From IMG/VR virus record IMGVR_UViG_2711768056_000005: a DNA stretch of 64,000 nt; one strand, given 5' to 3'. Each line of letters opens with the position of its first letter. The stretch's first letter is position 1. Shown in pieces: positions 1 to 9,621 of this stretch. A program made the translations under genes and the position numbers. The notes below the pieces were generated by a model. It did no database searches and was not told the DNA's origin. It saw nothing but the letters and a program-made list of their open reading frames with translations. Source of the stretch: a virus. Taxonomy: Duplodnaviria > Heunggongvirae > Uroviricota > Caudoviricetes.

Positions 1-333
1 AGACTGATTCTGAACAACCACCAGCTCCGATTCCTGAACTGAAGGTGCATGAATTTTTTCTGATTTAACGTTAGTTGCTTTCATTCTGTGTGCCTCCTTG
101 CGTGCTTCGGCTGCGACGGTTGCGTAATTCAGATGACCCTGTTCGAGCAGGTATTCGCGGATATCAGACAACAGGATACGGTGAACCGCGTTCTTGTCCT
201 TTCTCCGGTAAAGTTGTTTGGTGATCATGAAGTAGTTGGCAATAACGCCTGGTATATCCCTGGTACTGATACAGGCAGTGTGCTGTTCAATTGCCTCGAT
301 CATCTCTTCACGGGTGACTAATGACGTTCTCAT
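1..333 (-). CDS. Ant-like antirepressor, N-terminal 111 codons; the gene runs off the window start
   Basis: Minus-strand ATG at 333-331 gives MRTSLVTREEMIEAIEQHTACISTRDIPGVIANYFMIT..., clearly homologous by eye to the N-terminus of the 347-aa Ant at 50993..52036. Start overlaps the stop of the icd-like ORF (ATGA), as in the second copy. No stop before position 1. Confidence 0.6.
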   Translation of the reverse strand, partial: MRTSLVTREEMIEAIEQHTACISTRDIPGVIANYFMITKQLYRRKDKNAVHRILLSDIREYLLEQGHLNYATVAAEARKEAHRMKATNVKSEKIHAPSVQESELVVVQNQS

Positions 334-551
334 AGTCCCTCCTGAGCAGAAGCGTTAACAGGGAGGCACCAGTAACTGAGAGAATTGCGTGAATCAGTGG
401 AAAAACGGGCAGAGAAAATACATGGGGCGTCAGGAAGCTGAGAGCGGGCCTCATCTTCTGTTGGTGCAATAACGAAGTGATAGTGACGTTTTTGGCAGGA
501 GTAAAAGCGCCAGATAAATTCAGGATGAGTTGGGGTAGGGATAGTAGCCAT
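330..551 (-). CDS. Icd-like small protein (73 aa), paralogue of 52033..52254
   Basis: Internal Met of track ORF 330..893 gives MATIPTPTHPEFIWRFYSCQKRHYHFVIAPTEDEARSQLPDAPCIFSARFSTDSRNSLSYWCLPV, near-colinear with the 73-aa ORF upstream of ant. RBS CTAAGGAGG precedes the ATG at 551. Confidence 0.6.
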   Translation of the reverse strand: MATIPTPTHPEFIWRFYSCQKRHYHFVIAPTEDEARSQLPDAPCIFSARFSTDSRNSLSYWCLPVNASAQEGL

Positions 552-589
552 ATTGGCAGCCTCCTTAGACGTTGGTATGTAACCACCGC

Positions 590-720
590 AGAAGAGACCA
601 ATCTTGCTGGCGGTGGACTGTACGGAGTTGGCCTTACTGGCGTCCAAGGTAACCAGCCTACCCGAAGGTAGCCCCATACAGCCCACCATTGTAGAGGTGT
701 GCGTGTACGCCGATACAAAA
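590..720 (-). ncRNA. Possible c4-like antisense regulatory RNA of the second immunity module
   Basis: Non-coding stretch between a C1-operator match (870..886) and the icd-like RBS. Contains short hairpins (CTACC-CGAA-GGTAG) and a 7-nt segment (GCGGTGG) complementary to sequence by the icd-like RBS. Position mirrors c4 in the full module. Boundaries not determined. Confidence 0.25.
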
Positions 721-869
721 AAAGACGCGAGCGGCGTCTGTATCGCCTTAGACTTAAGCGGGAGGCCAATCCCGGCACCCGTTTTAATGAGGTGCCTGAT
801 AAGCATAAACCGAAAATGCCACAAGGCGCAAGAGGTCAGGTTCAATGTAACATCGGTAGCTAAAAAACA

Positions 870-886
870 CAATTTATTAGAGCAAA
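870..886 (-). promoter_or_regulatory. C1 operator match (15/17 to ATTGCTCTAATAAATTT), 4 nt downstream of the pacB stop
   Basis: Minus strand reads TTTGCTCTAATAAATTG. Positioned to control minus-strand transcription into the c4-like/icd-like/ant-like module. Confidence 0.55.
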
Positions 887-889
887 TAT

Positions 890-2374
890 TCATTCATTAA
901 GCCATGCCAGAGCTTCATCAACCTGCGCTTCGTCTTCGACGCTAAGCACTTCATCCTGGGGAACATAATCCGCCAGCATAGCGAAACAATATGTATCCCA
1001 ATGGTCTGGTGAGTGCAGGTTGAGTTTTTTCTTCATATCCTCCTTACTCATCACCTTCCATTGACCTGCGGAGTTAATCCCTACAGGGATTTTCGACGCT
1101 TCCTCAATAGTTTCATTACCCTTATCCAGTCTCATACGACCAGATTTTACGGCCTCTGCGGCTTGAACATTGGCATAAGCACGTTTATCAAAGTACAGGC
1201 TCTTATCTTCACGGCTATGCATCTTTTTACCCCAGCGTATACGCTGTACGGTAATACCATAATACTCGTACATCAGATCCGCCGTTGCTTTACCCAGGCC
1301 ATCGCCGTCTATCGCTATGGTGATATTGGGGAATCGCTCAGGATTACATTCTGCGAAAATTTTGGCGGCAAGCTGCGTTTCTGTAACGTCTGTGTATTCC
1401 AGCATTCGATAGTTGATTACACGGCGTTTATTTCGCTGGCCGGACACCATCATGATATTGATAACGGACTTATCCCGTCCCGTACCACCAGCAACGTCCA
1501 CACATGCAAGCCAGCCCCATCCTTTGGCAATCTTGACTTTCCGCCGCGTTGCACGTTCAACCTCATCACGTCCAAGAAGGAAGCCATCCTGTGATTTAGG
1601 GAATAGGCCGCGTACCTTAATCATGTACATAGGGTTATCACGCCCGCCGTACTCCGCCAGCTTCATTTTGATAAATGCTGGCGTTACCAACGGTGATTCC
1701 TCACTGTTAAGCGTGATCGCCGTATAAACGCCATCAGGGTTACCAGGACGCTTGGCCAGTTTATGGTGTGTATCGTAGAAATAGCCGCTTGGGCGTGTAG
1801 GCTGTGACAGCAATAAGATGCGGTTATCCTGTCCGGTAAGAGCACCGGTGATGATACCGAAAGCTCTATCACTGACACCGGAGGCTTCATCGATAATATA
1901 CAGAAGATGATCTGCGTGTTCACCGGCGAGAGCTTCTTCACTTCCCAGACGAAAGCCCTTCGGTACTACAGTCCATACACCTTTACCAGTAATCTCATAG
2001 AAAGCGGTTTCTGTCAGAACAAAATAATCAGCAAGCCATGGGAAACGGCTGGTGGCAGTAGCCCAGTTTATCTTGATGTACTTGAATATACCGGTCATTA
2101 CCTGCTGAATTTTGTTCGCAACGATAATGGCACAGGCACCTGGATACATGATTATGAACAACATGATCATGATAGAAGTCATGTCTGATTTCCCGGTACC
2201 GTGACCAGACGAAACAGATGTCTTGCTACCCTGTTCCTGCACAGACTCAATAATCAGATCCTGCTGCCAGGTAGGTGTTTTGCCGAACAAAACATCAGCG
2301 GCAGCAATCCAGTCATAACGATATAGCGCCACCAGCTCGCGCCAACGTGGATCCGTTACGCAACTTCTGGCCAT
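890..2374 (-). CDS. pacB: Terminase large subunit PacB (494 aa)
   Basis: 494-aa ORF whose start overlaps the pacA stop (TAATG). Size and position match P1 pacB; terminase ATPase/nuclease-like content. Confidence 0.88.
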   Translation of the reverse strand: MARSCVTDPRWRELVALYRYDWIAAADVLFGKTPTWQQDLIIESVQEQGSKTSVSSGHGTGKSDMTSIMIMLFIIMYPGACAIIVANKIQQVMTGIFKYIKINWATATSRFPWLADYFVLTETAFYEITGKGVWTVVPKGFRLGSEEALAGEHADHLLYIIDEASGVSDRAFGIITGALTGQDNRILLLSQPTRPSGYFYDTHHKLAKRPGNPDGVYTAITLNSEESPLVTPAFIKMKLAEYGGRDNPMYMIKVRGLFPKSQDGFLLGRDEVERATRRKVKIAKGWGWLACVDVAGGTGRDKSVINIMMVSGQRNKRRVINYRMLEYTDVTETQLAAKIFAECNPERFPNITIAIDGDGLGKATADLMYEYYGITVQRIRWGKKMHSREDKSLYFDKRAYANVQAAEAVKSGRMRLDKGNETIEEASKIPVGINSAGQWKVMSKEDMKKKLNLHSPDHWDTYCFAMLADYVPQDEVLSVEDEAQVDEALAWLNE

Positions 2375-3567
2375 TAATCATCATCCCCGTATAGCTTGCG
2401 GGTAACTTCTTCGTCTTCCTCCTCGTCTTCGTCCAGGTCTTGTTCCAGCCATGGGTCGTTTGATACACCTTCAGTATCAACATCTCCATAACCGCCTGTA
2501 TCAACGATATCGGCGATTTCTTCCCTACGCTGCTCAATCCACAATGCGGCATCGGCGCGGCGGTTGGCGGCCCGTTCTCGCGCAACTTTGTCCAGATCTT
2601 CAAGAGAAGGACCACCGACGGCAGTTTGCCTTTCCTCATCATCGGTATTGGTCTTAGGAGCACGCAGATCGGCTTTGATTTGCTCCAGCATCAGGGGCGG
2701 CACTTTCCCGCCATGCGCCTCGATAAATTCAGCTGCTTCCAGCACTGACCAGTTATTTTCACGCTTTCGTTCGTATGCCAGCTTAACAATGCCAGCTTGC
2801 CCCATAGACAAAGCGTGCTTTTCCGCCTCCCGGCTTTCTTTTCGATAGTTATTCCGGATGCTGTAAATGGTGTTGATCAGACTGCTTATCTGCGCGGAAC
2901 AGCTGTTTAGCATGCTCGCGATACGGTATTCAGGCGGAGTACCTTCATCATCGGCTTTTTGCTGATCGCGCATTTCCTGCACCAGGCGAATACACGTATC
3001 CCTGGCGTTCTCCAGCATAAGGAGATGAGAAAGAGACTTTTCCAGAAGAGTGGTTTCCAGAACATCGGCCCCGGACCGACGCAACATAGCGCGCGCGGCC
3101 TTCCGCGCTTCAACGTTATCTATCAGGTAATCGCCAGCTTCGAATTCAAAGCGTTCACCATCATCATCCAGGGTGTCGCGTTCCAGGCGATCACGCAAGG
3201 TCCGGTGGGCACGGGTGATCACGTCATGATCATCAGAACGATCATTTATGCGCTTATTTTGGCGCTTCGCATTCTCGACTGCGACACTGACAATGGCATT
3301 AACCCTTTGTTTTTCTGCTATTTCAGCCGCAATGTGATCACCGGAATGTTGATCATTAGAGTGATCAATGATCATGCTTTTTAGTGGCTTCCTGACTGGC
3401 TTATTTGGCTTGCGGCTGTCCGCTGTCCTGGTGTCTTCTTTGAAGGCACGGAGATAACGACGTGCGGTATTAGGGTTAAGATTAAACTCGGCGGCATACT
3501 GTGCGATGGTGTAACCACCATCTCGCGCCAGGCGAGCAAAATTCTTCTTGTGATCGTCCCAGGTCAC
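2374..3567 (-). CDS. pacA: Terminase small subunit / pac-recognition protein PacA (397 aa, GTG start)
   Basis: 397-aa ORF with an N-terminal helix-turn-helix-like region and an acidic C-terminus; carries the TGATCA hexamer clusters of a P1-type pac site; RBS AAAGGAAG before the GTG. Confidence 0.85.
   Translation of the reverse strand: MTWDDHKKNFARLARDGGYTIAQYAAEFNLNPNTARRYLRAFKEDTRTADSRKPNKPVRKPLKSMIIDHSNDQHSGDHIAAEIAEKQRVNAIVSVAVENAKRQNKRINDRSDDHDVITRAHRTLRDRLERDTLDDDGERFEFEAGDYLIDNVEARKAARAMLRRSGADVLETTLLEKSLSHLLMLENARDTCIRLVQEMRDQQKADDEGTPPEYRIASMLNSCSAQISSLINTIYSIRNNYRKESREAEKHALSMGQAGIVKLAYERKRENNWSVLEAAEFIEAHGGKVPPLMLEQIKADLRAPKTNTDDEERQTAVGGPSLEDLDKVARERAANRRADAALWIEQRREEIADIVDTGGYGDVDTEGVSNDPWLEQDLDEDEEEDEEVTRKLYGDDD
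3216..3374. promoter_or_regulatory. pac: pac packaging site: two clusters of TGATCA hexamers (Dam GATC sites) inside pacA
   Basis: Hexamers at 3216-3221, 3227-3232 and 3239-3244 (CGATCA), then four at 3335-3340, 3350-3355, 3362-3367 and 3369-3374, about 100 bp apart. This is the 3+4 arrangement known for P1 pac. Confidence 0.7.
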
Positions 3568-3652
3568 TTATGCTTCCTTTCGTAAAAACTCTTTTTGACG
3601 CGAGGGTAACGAAAGTCACATGTCAAAAGGCCCGGAACGGGCAAGCAATCAA

Positions 3653-4105
3653 TCAGATACGTGCGGATGTGGCATTACCGTAATGACGGTGCTGACGGGC
3701 CACCTTATTGAAAAGTTGACGCGCCATTACCCAAGGCTGGTGCTCCCGGCGTTCCTTTTCGTCCTGCGTCATATAGAGTTCGTTCTGGAGTTTTTCATCA
3801 AACCGGCGCGGAGCGCGGCTGCGGCGAAAGAATTCAGGATTCAGAGAGTGGATCTGAAATCTACGTGGGCGTGTACTGTCATCAATCAAAACAGACGAAT
3901 ACTTAGACACAGCGATAGCCTTTAAGCGCAGATAAACATCGCGCTTATCGACATCCAGATGCGGGTATTCCTTTTCAAGGATTGCTGCGAGTTCTTTCGC
4001 TGATAGAAGAGATTTAGTGCGGATCATGTAATCCGCAATCTCATACGATGTAATTCGTGAGTGATTTATTTCCATGAAGTGGCGTCCCTGCCAGTTAAGT
4101 AACAT
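3653..4105 (-). CDS. lpa: Late promoter activator Lpa-like protein (150 aa)
   Basis: 150-aa basic protein directly upstream of pacA, preceded by a C1 operator match; position and size as I recall for P1 lpa (gene 10). Confidence 0.6.
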   Translation of the reverse strand: MLLNWQGRHFMEINHSRITSYEIADYMIRTKSLLSAKELAAILEKEYPHLDVDKRDVYLRLKAIAVSKYSSVLIDDSTRPRRFQIHSLNPEFFRRSRAPRRFDEKLQNELYMTQDEKERREHQPWVMARQLFNKVARQHRHYGNATSARI

Positions 4106-4175
4106 CCTGTCACCTACTGATTAGCCCATGTCAACTAATCAACGACGAATATAATACCCTCGATTAAAGAAATAG

Positions 4176-4192
4176 CAATACATTAGAGCAAT
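4176..4192 (-). promoter_or_regulatory. C1 operator match (14/17) upstream of lpa
   Basis: Minus strand reads ATTGCTCTAATGTATTG, about 70 nt upstream of the lpa start. Confidence 0.5.
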
Positions 4193-4193
4193 T

Positions 4194-5237
4194 TTATCTA
4201 ACGCTCGACGAGTGACTTGTGATAACGCCGACTCCAAGCGCGTAATCAAAGAACAATCGTTGATGCATCGCCAGCCTGCCGTGCGTCTTCTCCCAATTAT
4301 CGCGGTCACGCTCAATATCACGCTGGCATGACTGGCACAGAGGAATTGCGTAAATGTCATGCGCGCATAATCGACTATGACGAACGATATAAGGCGTAAT
4401 GTGAGCGCCAGCTCCCGCAGCTCCACACCCACAGCATGGACGGGAAGCAACAAAGTCCATGTACTCAGGTAATTTTAGCGATTGCAGTTTTGGTATTTTG
4501 AAATGCGCCATGCCAGGGTCGGAGTCAACATCCACAGGGCATACTTTTGCACGCATCGGCGCGGCGCGTTCTTCCATCATCTGAACATATGCTGTAGCGC
4601 GATCGTCATACGGGCGAATATCCGCCTCTTTCAGAGGTCCGCTATCCTGCGTTGCAGCCCTCACCTTATTTATTGATATACGGCAGACTTCTTCCGGCAT
4701 GAGGTGGATCATGTTGCGCATGAAAGCCCACCAGCACAGCTCCTGAATACTTAAATCATGACCATCAGAAAGGCCCATTTCCTGACGAGCGACATCCAGT
4801 ATCCAGTTAACGCGATTATTATGCAGCGTTTCTTTCAGCTCATTAAAACCACGCATCCGGTAATGATTATCGTGATGCCAGCACAACAACACCGCGCTGT
4901 TGTCTCGTTCAGCGTGGACAATATGGTTGTCACACCAGCTACGATCTGCGGCCTGGCATTGCCCCTCTTTCCTGCGCAACCACGCCACCAGCGCGTCAAT
5001 TCCACCAATACGGCGAAACAGTTCATCGCTGTTAAAAAACGGCTGCAACGCCTCATTTGTTGCCATGGTTTGCTCGGTAACAACGAGGCCGTCTTCCATG
5101 TGCTCGATTAACTCACGCGGCACCGGCTCCATAATAAATTTACGGCCAGCCTCCACCAGCTTTCTGACCTCCTGATCCACTTTGAACGTGGCGAGGCCAA
5201 GCTCTTTCTGTACAAATGGAGTAATTACGGCTTTCAC
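4194..5237 (-). CDS. pdcB: Hypothetical protein (347 aa), pdcB position
   Basis: Long ORF between doc/pdcA and lpa; symbol assigned by synteny only; Cys-rich C-terminal segment (CCGCG...CxxC). Confidence 0.4.
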   Translation of the reverse strand: MKAVITPFVQKELGLATFKVDQEVRKLVEAGRKFIMEPVPRELIEHMEDGLVVTEQTMATNEALQPFFNSDELFRRIGGIDALVAWLRRKEGQCQAADRSWCDNHIVHAERDNSAVLLCWHHDNHYRMRGFNELKETLHNNRVNWILDVARQEMGLSDGHDLSIQELCWWAFMRNMIHLMPEEVCRISINKVRAATQDSGPLKEADIRPYDDRATAYVQMMEERAAPMRAKVCPVDVDSDPGMAHFKIPKLQSLKLPEYMDFVASRPCCGCGAAGAGAHITPYIVRHSRLCAHDIYAIPLCQSCQRDIERDRDNWEKTHGRLAMHQRLFFDYALGVGVITSHSSSVR

Positions 5238-5264
5238 ATCACACCTTTAATCACTGATTGGGCT

Positions 5265-5444
5265 TTATCTGCTGCCCGGCATTCTCTGTTTAAGCACAAC
5301 CATTTCCTGACGGCATAACACAGCAATAGCTGTCCTGGCACCAATTTGCTTACCAACCAGGTATTGCTTTACCTTGCGGCGACTCACGCCATCAAGAAGC
5401 ATCTTTAACGCTTCACGGGACAACTTGTTGTATTTGCGTGCCAT
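5265..5444 (-). CDS. pdcA: Small basic protein (59 aa from internal Met), pdcA position
   Basis: Track ORF 5265..5465 trimmed to the ATG at 5444, which sits 4 nt after the doc stop with the GGAG of the doc 3' end as RBS. Confidence 0.4.
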   Translation of the reverse strand: MARKYNKLSREALKMLLDGVSRRKVKQYLVGKQIGARTAIAVLCRQEMVVLKQRMPGSR

Positions 5445-5448
5445 TAAT

Positions 5449-5829
5449 CTACTCCGCAGAACCATACAATCTACGTAACGTGTCGGCGACAGAAGATACA
5501 GATATCTCGCCAGTCGCAGCGCCTACGGTAAGGTCTGCCAGTTCAGGTGAATCAAATACCTGCACCCCGTTACGGCGTAGAAATAGCAGCGCACTGTTTA
5601 GCGCGGTACGCTTATTGGCATCATTGAATATATGCCCTCTCGCTGTAGCCACCAGGTAGGTGGCGGAGACTTCGAAAAGGTCGGTGATCTCTTCGTAGGC
5701 AACTCTGGCCTGAACTCTCCCGATAATGGCCTCTGCCCTACCCGGATCAGACATTCCCGGCAAGCCGCCGTAGCGGTTTATATTCGCATCATGAAGCGCA
5801 ATAAGTTCTTCCGGTGATATATGCCTCAT
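5449..5829 (-). CDS. doc: Doc toxin (Fic-fold kinase) of the phd-doc addiction module
   Basis: 126-aa product [25 protein letters not shown]... matches P1 Doc as I know it; start overlaps the phd stop (TAATG). Confidence 0.95.
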
Positions 5830-6050
5830 TATCGGTTAACCAGTTCCTTGTTGGTGGAGTCCAGGGTGTCAAACAGGGATGCAAATTCAGCATCCAGCGC
5901 CGCTTTTTTGTAGGCTTCAAAAGTAGCCTTGCTGACAATTACTGCTGGCTCACGGCCTCTGCGGGTGATTTCAACCTCTTCCCCGGCTTCAACATTGTTG
6001 AGCACTTCAGAAAGGTTGCCGCGCGCGGTACGGAAGTTAATGGATTGCAT
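5829..6050 (-). CDS. phd: Phd antitoxin (73 aa)
   Basis: From the third codon of track ORF 5829..6056: [49 protein letters not shown]..., the P1 Phd sequence as recalled. Confidence 0.9.
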   Translation of the reverse strand: MQSINFRTARGNLSEVLNNVEAGEEVEITRRGREPAVIVSKATFEAYKKAALDAEFASLFDTLDSTNKELVNR

Positions 6051-6057
6051 AAACACC

Positions 6058-6095
6058 TCGTGTACTCGTTATGTGTACACAATTATAAACTTCAC
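6058..6095 (-). promoter_or_regulatory. phd-doc promoter/operator with GTGTAC palindromes
   Basis: GTGTACTC and GTGTACAC sites at about 6060-6080 immediately upstream of phd, plus a TATAAT on the minus strand near 6084-6089; matches the known Phd/Doc autoregulatory operator architecture. Confidence 0.6.
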
Positions 6096-6122
6096 AGGCA
6101 TAAAGCACCAGCACTTTGCAGC

Positions 6123-6512
6123 TTAAATCACCGGACAATCATCAAATTCCCCACTTCGGGTATCATTAATGACATGAGTGATCACACCAAACACAGCATT
6201 ACTCCCCGTGCATCCATCGTCATCCACTGGTAACGCCTCTTTCTTCCCGGTGCTTAAATCCTCCAGGTGCTGGCGCGGATACTTCCTGTATCTTTTTATG
6301 CGATATTCACCTTCCATAGCGCAGACAAGCAGCGAACCATCAACCGGAGTAAGCGAGGAATCAACCACCAGCAAAGCACCCTGCAATATTCCCTCACGGT
6401 GATGGCTGTCTGCCGCCCGCATGAAGTAGGTCGCTGATGGATGCCTGATTAGTTGCTGATCAAGAGAAATTCTGCTTTCAACATAATCCGCCGCAGGAGA
6501 AGGGAAGCCCAT
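6123..6512 (-). CDS. humD: HumD, UmuD-like SOS mutagenesis protein (129 aa)
   Basis: 129 aa with an S24 peptidase-like C-terminal domain; LexA box 20 bp upstream of its start. Confidence 0.85.
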   Translation of the reverse strand: MGFPSPAADYVESRISLDQQLIRHPSATYFMRAADSHHREGILQGALLVVDSSLTPVDGSLLVCAMEGEYRIKRYRKYPRQHLEDLSTGKKEALPVDDDGCTGSNAVFGVITHVINDTRSGEFDDCPVI

Positions 6513-6531
6513 AGCGTTTTCACCTCAATAA

Positions 6532-6551
6532 TACTGTTCATTTATACAGTA
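6532..6551. promoter_or_regulatory. LexA (SOS) box TACTGTTCATTTATACAGTA
   Basis: CTGT-N8-ACAG palindrome in the divergent intergenic region between humD (minus) and the plus-strand operon starting at 6687. Confidence 0.8.
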
Positions 6552-6686
6552 TACATTAAAGAGACACCTTTGGTGCAAACGCGTTACGTACATCAACCAC
6601 CGCTGATGATTTTGTGCTCTTTGCTACTATTCATCACCAACGGATCAGCGTAACCTCGTTGCCAATCAGTTAATAAGGAATTAGCT

Positions 6687-7271
6687 ATGCCTAATCGCAT
6701 TCCTCTCGATCCTGTATTGCCCAAAAATTTTGACTGCACTCCTAACGAGAAACGCTCTAAAGCTCAGCTGGACGCCTGGTGGGATCATCCCTATGGGGTT
6801 ACAGAACATGACGGGAAAATTGTTGTTTATTGTCTGAATGGTGGCGCGTGGGACCGTCCATCCGTGCTTGGTTTGGCAAATAACTATGATGAAGCCTGTG
6901 AACTTGCCGAAAGACAGCAGGCTAGATGGGTGAAAACACGTTCTGAACCGACATTCATGTTTTCAAAAGAACCGCCATTTATACTGGCGAGGATGCCGCA
7001 GCGACCGGATCATCAACAAGAAATTGTTGCTGAATTTTCCTCAAGGGATGAGATGAATCTCTTCTCATTAAAGCAGGAAGAAAGGGATCGCGTCGAAGTG
7101 TCTCCAACTCTCGACCACAACCGGATGAACCTGGCCCAACTCGCCTGGTACAGCAAAGAATTAGAGATGTCTATTGCCCGGCTTGAAAACGAAAAAGCCG
7201 CTATCCAAGTCCAGCACGAAGTAGTTCTGAACCGGATTAGAGAAATGCAAAACGATAACAGGGGATTTTGA
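6687..7271 (+). CDS. Hypothetical protein (194 aa), LexA-box-proximal; lxr-like by position
   Basis: ORF with RBS AAGGAA 8 nt upstream; divergent from humD and sharing its LexA box. Confidence 0.5.
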   Translation: MPNRIPLDPVLPKNFDCTPNEKRSKAQLDAWWDHPYGVTEHDGKIVVYCLNGGAWDRPSVLGLANNYDEACELAERQQARWVKTRSEPTFMFSKEPPFILARMPQRPDHQQEIVAEFSSRDEMNLFSLKQEERDRVEVSPTLDHNRMNLAQLAWYSKELEMSIARLENEKAAIQVQHEVVLNRIREMQNDNRGF

Positions 7272-7634
7272 ATGGCTAAAATCGAGTACCATCGCGATCG
7301 CGGTAATTACCTGGAAATATACGATCATGAATCTCTTAACGATATCAACGATGCGTTATATGAATACTGTGAAAAAATGAGCATCACAGATGCACCTGAT
7401 GCATTTGTCGAGCTACCGGTATATCTCCGCGACATCTATGCAATACGGACGCCGCCCGTATCGGTAATTCACATTGGCTATGTCCGCCTGTCCATCGAAG
7501 AAGATGAAGATCGTTATATCGTGCGCCACTATACATTGGACAGAAAAGAGCTTCCCAATGAATGGAACATGAGTAATTTCTACAACGGTGAATATGGCTT
7601 AAAACCCGCTAAGAATGGCGCGGGCATTGCGTAA
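7272..7634 (+). CDS. Hypothetical protein (120 aa), translationally coupled to the 6687 ORF
   Basis: ATG immediately follows the upstream TGA (TGAATG); acidic protein. Confidence 0.5.
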   Translation: MAKIEYHRDRGNYLEIYDHESLNDINDALYEYCEKMSITDAPDAFVELPVYLRDIYAIRTPPVSVIHIGYVRLSIEEDEDRYIVRHYTLDRKELPNEWNMSNFYNGEYGLKPAKNGAGIA

Positions 7635-7645
7635 TAGCCTAACAA

Positions 7646-7885
7646 CTATTCTGTTTTCTGATATGCTGGATCGTTCCCTTTTGGCAACTGGAGGCTTAAC
7701 TGCCGGTAGTGCCGTAACCGTTCCATGAAATAGGTGCGCAGGTTCTCTGGTTGCTCGCGGGCTACCTGTTCAGCTATGACAGGTATGTTCAATCGCTCTT
7801 TGTACGCCACACCGCTGGCAGCCAGATCAACGTTAACCTTATCCTGTTCTTCCTGACTTTTAGCTGCAATATTCCAGTCGCTCAT
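7646..7885 (-). CDS. hot: Hot, homologue of DNA polymerase III theta subunit (79 aa)
   Basis: Product ...[43 protein letters not shown]... is colinear with E. coli HolE theta as recalled. Confidence 0.8.
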   Translation of the reverse strand: MSDWNIAAKSQEEQDKVNVDLAASGVAYKERLNIPVIAEQVAREQPENLRTYFMERLRHYRQLSLQLPKGNDPAYQKTE

Positions 7886-7887
7886 AT

Positions 7888-8154
7888 TTAAGGCTCACAT
7901 TTCCAGATGGTATTCTGAACACCCGAACCGGGCGCTAGATGAGGGTTAGCGTTCGCGCTATGCTGATATACTGCTTTAGACTTCCCATATTGCTGACAGG
8001 CTTTATCTGCGGTTTTTTGCAGGCTATCCAGGCCATACCAACCATCTGACTGTATGCTTACCTTTTCACCGTCGTTGTATTGCACCATTGCACACCCAGA
8101 TATAGCCAGTATCGTGCCGACAATAACGCTTTCCCATAAAACTCTATGCAACAT
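7888..8154 (-). CDS. Putative lipoprotein (88 aa from internal ATG)
   Basis: Signal peptide with lipobox-like LAISGC; track ORF begins at a TTG, ATG two codons in. Confidence 0.45.
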   Translation of the reverse strand: MLHRVLWESVIVGTILAISGCAMVQYNDGEKVSIQSDGWYGLDSLQKTADKACQQYGKSKAVYQHSANANPHLAPGSGVQNTIWKCEP

Positions 8155-8155
8155 A

Positions 8156-8189
8156 GACAAAAATCCCCTCTGTGAATTGAGGGGATTTT
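8156..8189 (-). terminator. Rho-independent terminator-like hairpin
   Basis: AATCCCCTC-N8-GAGGGGATT stem followed by TTTTTG on the minus strand, downstream of ORF 8200..8835. Confidence 0.45.
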
Positions 8190-8199
8190 AGCATGGTGA

Positions 8200-8835
8200 T
8201 CAGATATCGGCCTTATTCGGAATTTTATCAGCCACCAGCGGCAATAAAGCCCTGGCCATCTTATGAACCAATAGTGCATCAATAATGCCAAGCGTATGCC
8301 CTGGCTTAATGTTTAATGCCGCCTCAAGGTGACATCTTTCCAGGCCACTTTTCTCGACTTGTTTATGATGATCTGGCGTAATAACGTCGCCCAAAACACG
8401 GCTAATTTTTTCTCGTAATTGCTGGGTGCCAGCACACTTGATCGCTGTATCGTGGAGACGGTTAACCAGTTCGCGATAAACATGCGGCTTAATGCGGATA
8501 CGTTCACCGGTGACGCCCTTTCCTGGCGCTGGCACCGAACTATCCGGATAGTTGCCAGCCTCGTAAGCTACCCGCAGCCAGTGCATGAATGTTTCAGTGG
8601 ACACACAACCACAGTCCACATCGATTTTTCCGCGTTGCTGTTCCAGCCACTGCTCAAAATTCAATCTACACGTATTACTTTCATGTTGCTCTTTTTGTCT
8701 CAAGGCCAGCATCTGCTGGGCTATTTCCAATACTTCATCTGCCGTATATCCAGCACCGTGACCATACATTTCGATACGGGAAATAATCTCTGATATACGC
8801 TCTTCAGTGATTCTGGTCATTTCTTTTTGCGCCAT
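8200..8835 (-). CDS. Hypothetical protein (211 aa)
   Basis: ORF in the coupled minus-strand early block; no recognisable motif. Confidence 0.5.
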   Translation of the reverse strand: MAQKEMTRITEERISEIISRIEMYGHGAGYTADEVLEIAQQMLALRQKEQHESNTCRLNFEQWLEQQRGKIDVDCGCVSTETFMHWLRVAYEAGNYPDSSVPAPGKGVTGERIRIKPHVYRELVNRLHDTAIKCAGTQQLREKISRVLGDVITPDHHKQVEKSGLERCHLEAALNIKPGHTLGIIDALLVHKMARALLPLVADKIPNKADI

Positions 8836-9191
8836 TTCTTTTCACATTCCTTAGTCCATTTTTCAATGTTCATTTTGGCAATATCAGTCATTCCATCACC
8901 TAAGAAATACTTTTTCCGGTATGTCTTGCACTTAAACCACACTACAACAGCCACCAGCCAGAAAATAAAAGGCCATACAGCAATACCAACGACAGCCGCG
9001 ATAAAGCCCAATAGCCATAAATGAAGCTCTCCAACTTCTGTTTCCGGCAATATTCTTAAAGAATTAAACAGCAGGCTGAACGAATGGTCGTATGCATTGG
9101 CAGTATAAGACATGCAATCCATATAATTAAAGTCATAGCCTGCGGCTGCCGCCCATAATGGGCGGTCAAGAAAATGTTTTAGTGTCATCAT
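8817..9191 (-). CDS. Small membrane protein (124 aa) with a Lys-rich C-terminus; AT-rich
   Basis: One long hydrophobic segment (LWLLGFIAAVVGIAVWPFIFWLVAVVVWF) then KCKTYRKKY...KKWRKKK; lower GC than neighbours. Confidence 0.45.
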   Translation of the reverse strand: MMTLKHFLDRPLWAAAAGYDFNYMDCMSYTANAYDHSFSLLFNSLRILPETEVGELHLWLLGFIAAVVGIAVWPFIFWLVAVVVWFKCKTYRKKYFLGDGMTDIAKMNIEKWTKECEKKWRKKK

Positions 9192-9197
9192 ATAAAT

Positions 9198-9491
9198 TTA
9201 AGGTTCAGACCAGTTATCTTCAATAGCAATGCTTAATCTTTGTAGCCATTCTGCTAATTTCAGCATTGCTTCTCTTTCGCTTAAACCACGAGGAAAATCA
9301 TCAAGCGAAATTGTTGGCTTGAATCCCCCGCAATTATCCATTTCAACTGTCAGATTTTGTTCCAGCACGGTATTTCTTACGCGGCTATTGTGCCGGAGCA
9401 AATATACTGAGAGTGATTTATTGGTTTTGTGGTCTAGCTTATATTCGGTAAGTATCATCTGGCTTTTGCCATGATTATTACCTCTCCACAT
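9198..9491 (-). CDS. Hypothetical protein (97 aa from internal ATG); AT-rich
   Basis: Internal ATG at 9491 has RBS GTGAGGT and follows the stop of a 40-aa upstream peptide. Confidence 0.4.
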   Translation of the reverse strand: MWRGNNHGKSQMILTEYKLDHKTNKSLSVYLLRHNSRVRNTVLEQNLTVEMDNCGGFKPTISLDDFPRGLSEREAMLKLAEWLQRLSIAIEDNWSEP

Positions 9492-9498
9492 ACTTACC

Positions 9499-9621
9499 TC
9501 ACTTAATAAAACAACTCCATGCGTAGTTGATGATTTTTTCCCACGTAATATAAATCTGCACTCCGGCAGTAAAACCAAAGCCAACAATTGCTGAAAAAAT
9601 CAAAACATTTACTTTTGACAT
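9499..9621 (-). CDS. Possible 40-aa hydrophobic peptide (below the track length cutoff)
   Basis: MSKVNVLIFSAIVGFGFTAGVQIYITWEKIINYAWSCFIK; stop lies 8 nt before the next ATG. Confidence 0.3.
   Translation of the reverse strand: MSKVNVLIFSAIVGFGFTAGVQIYITWEKIINYAWSCFIK

Noticed and set aside
88-321. Plus-strand 77-aa ORF at the window start
   Set aside because: It is the antisense of the Ant-like N-terminal coding region, which has clear homology to the second Ant; no RBS.
308-778. Minus-strand 156-aa ORF overlapping the icd-like gene and c4-like region
   Set aside because: Different frame from the conserved Icd-like ORF, low-complexity Arg/Leu-rich product; the region is better explained by icd plus non-coding RNA.
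1013-2188. Several plus-strand ORFs (193, 104 and 93 aa) inside pacB
   Set aside because: They are antisense to a confidently identified terminase gene and lack RBSs.
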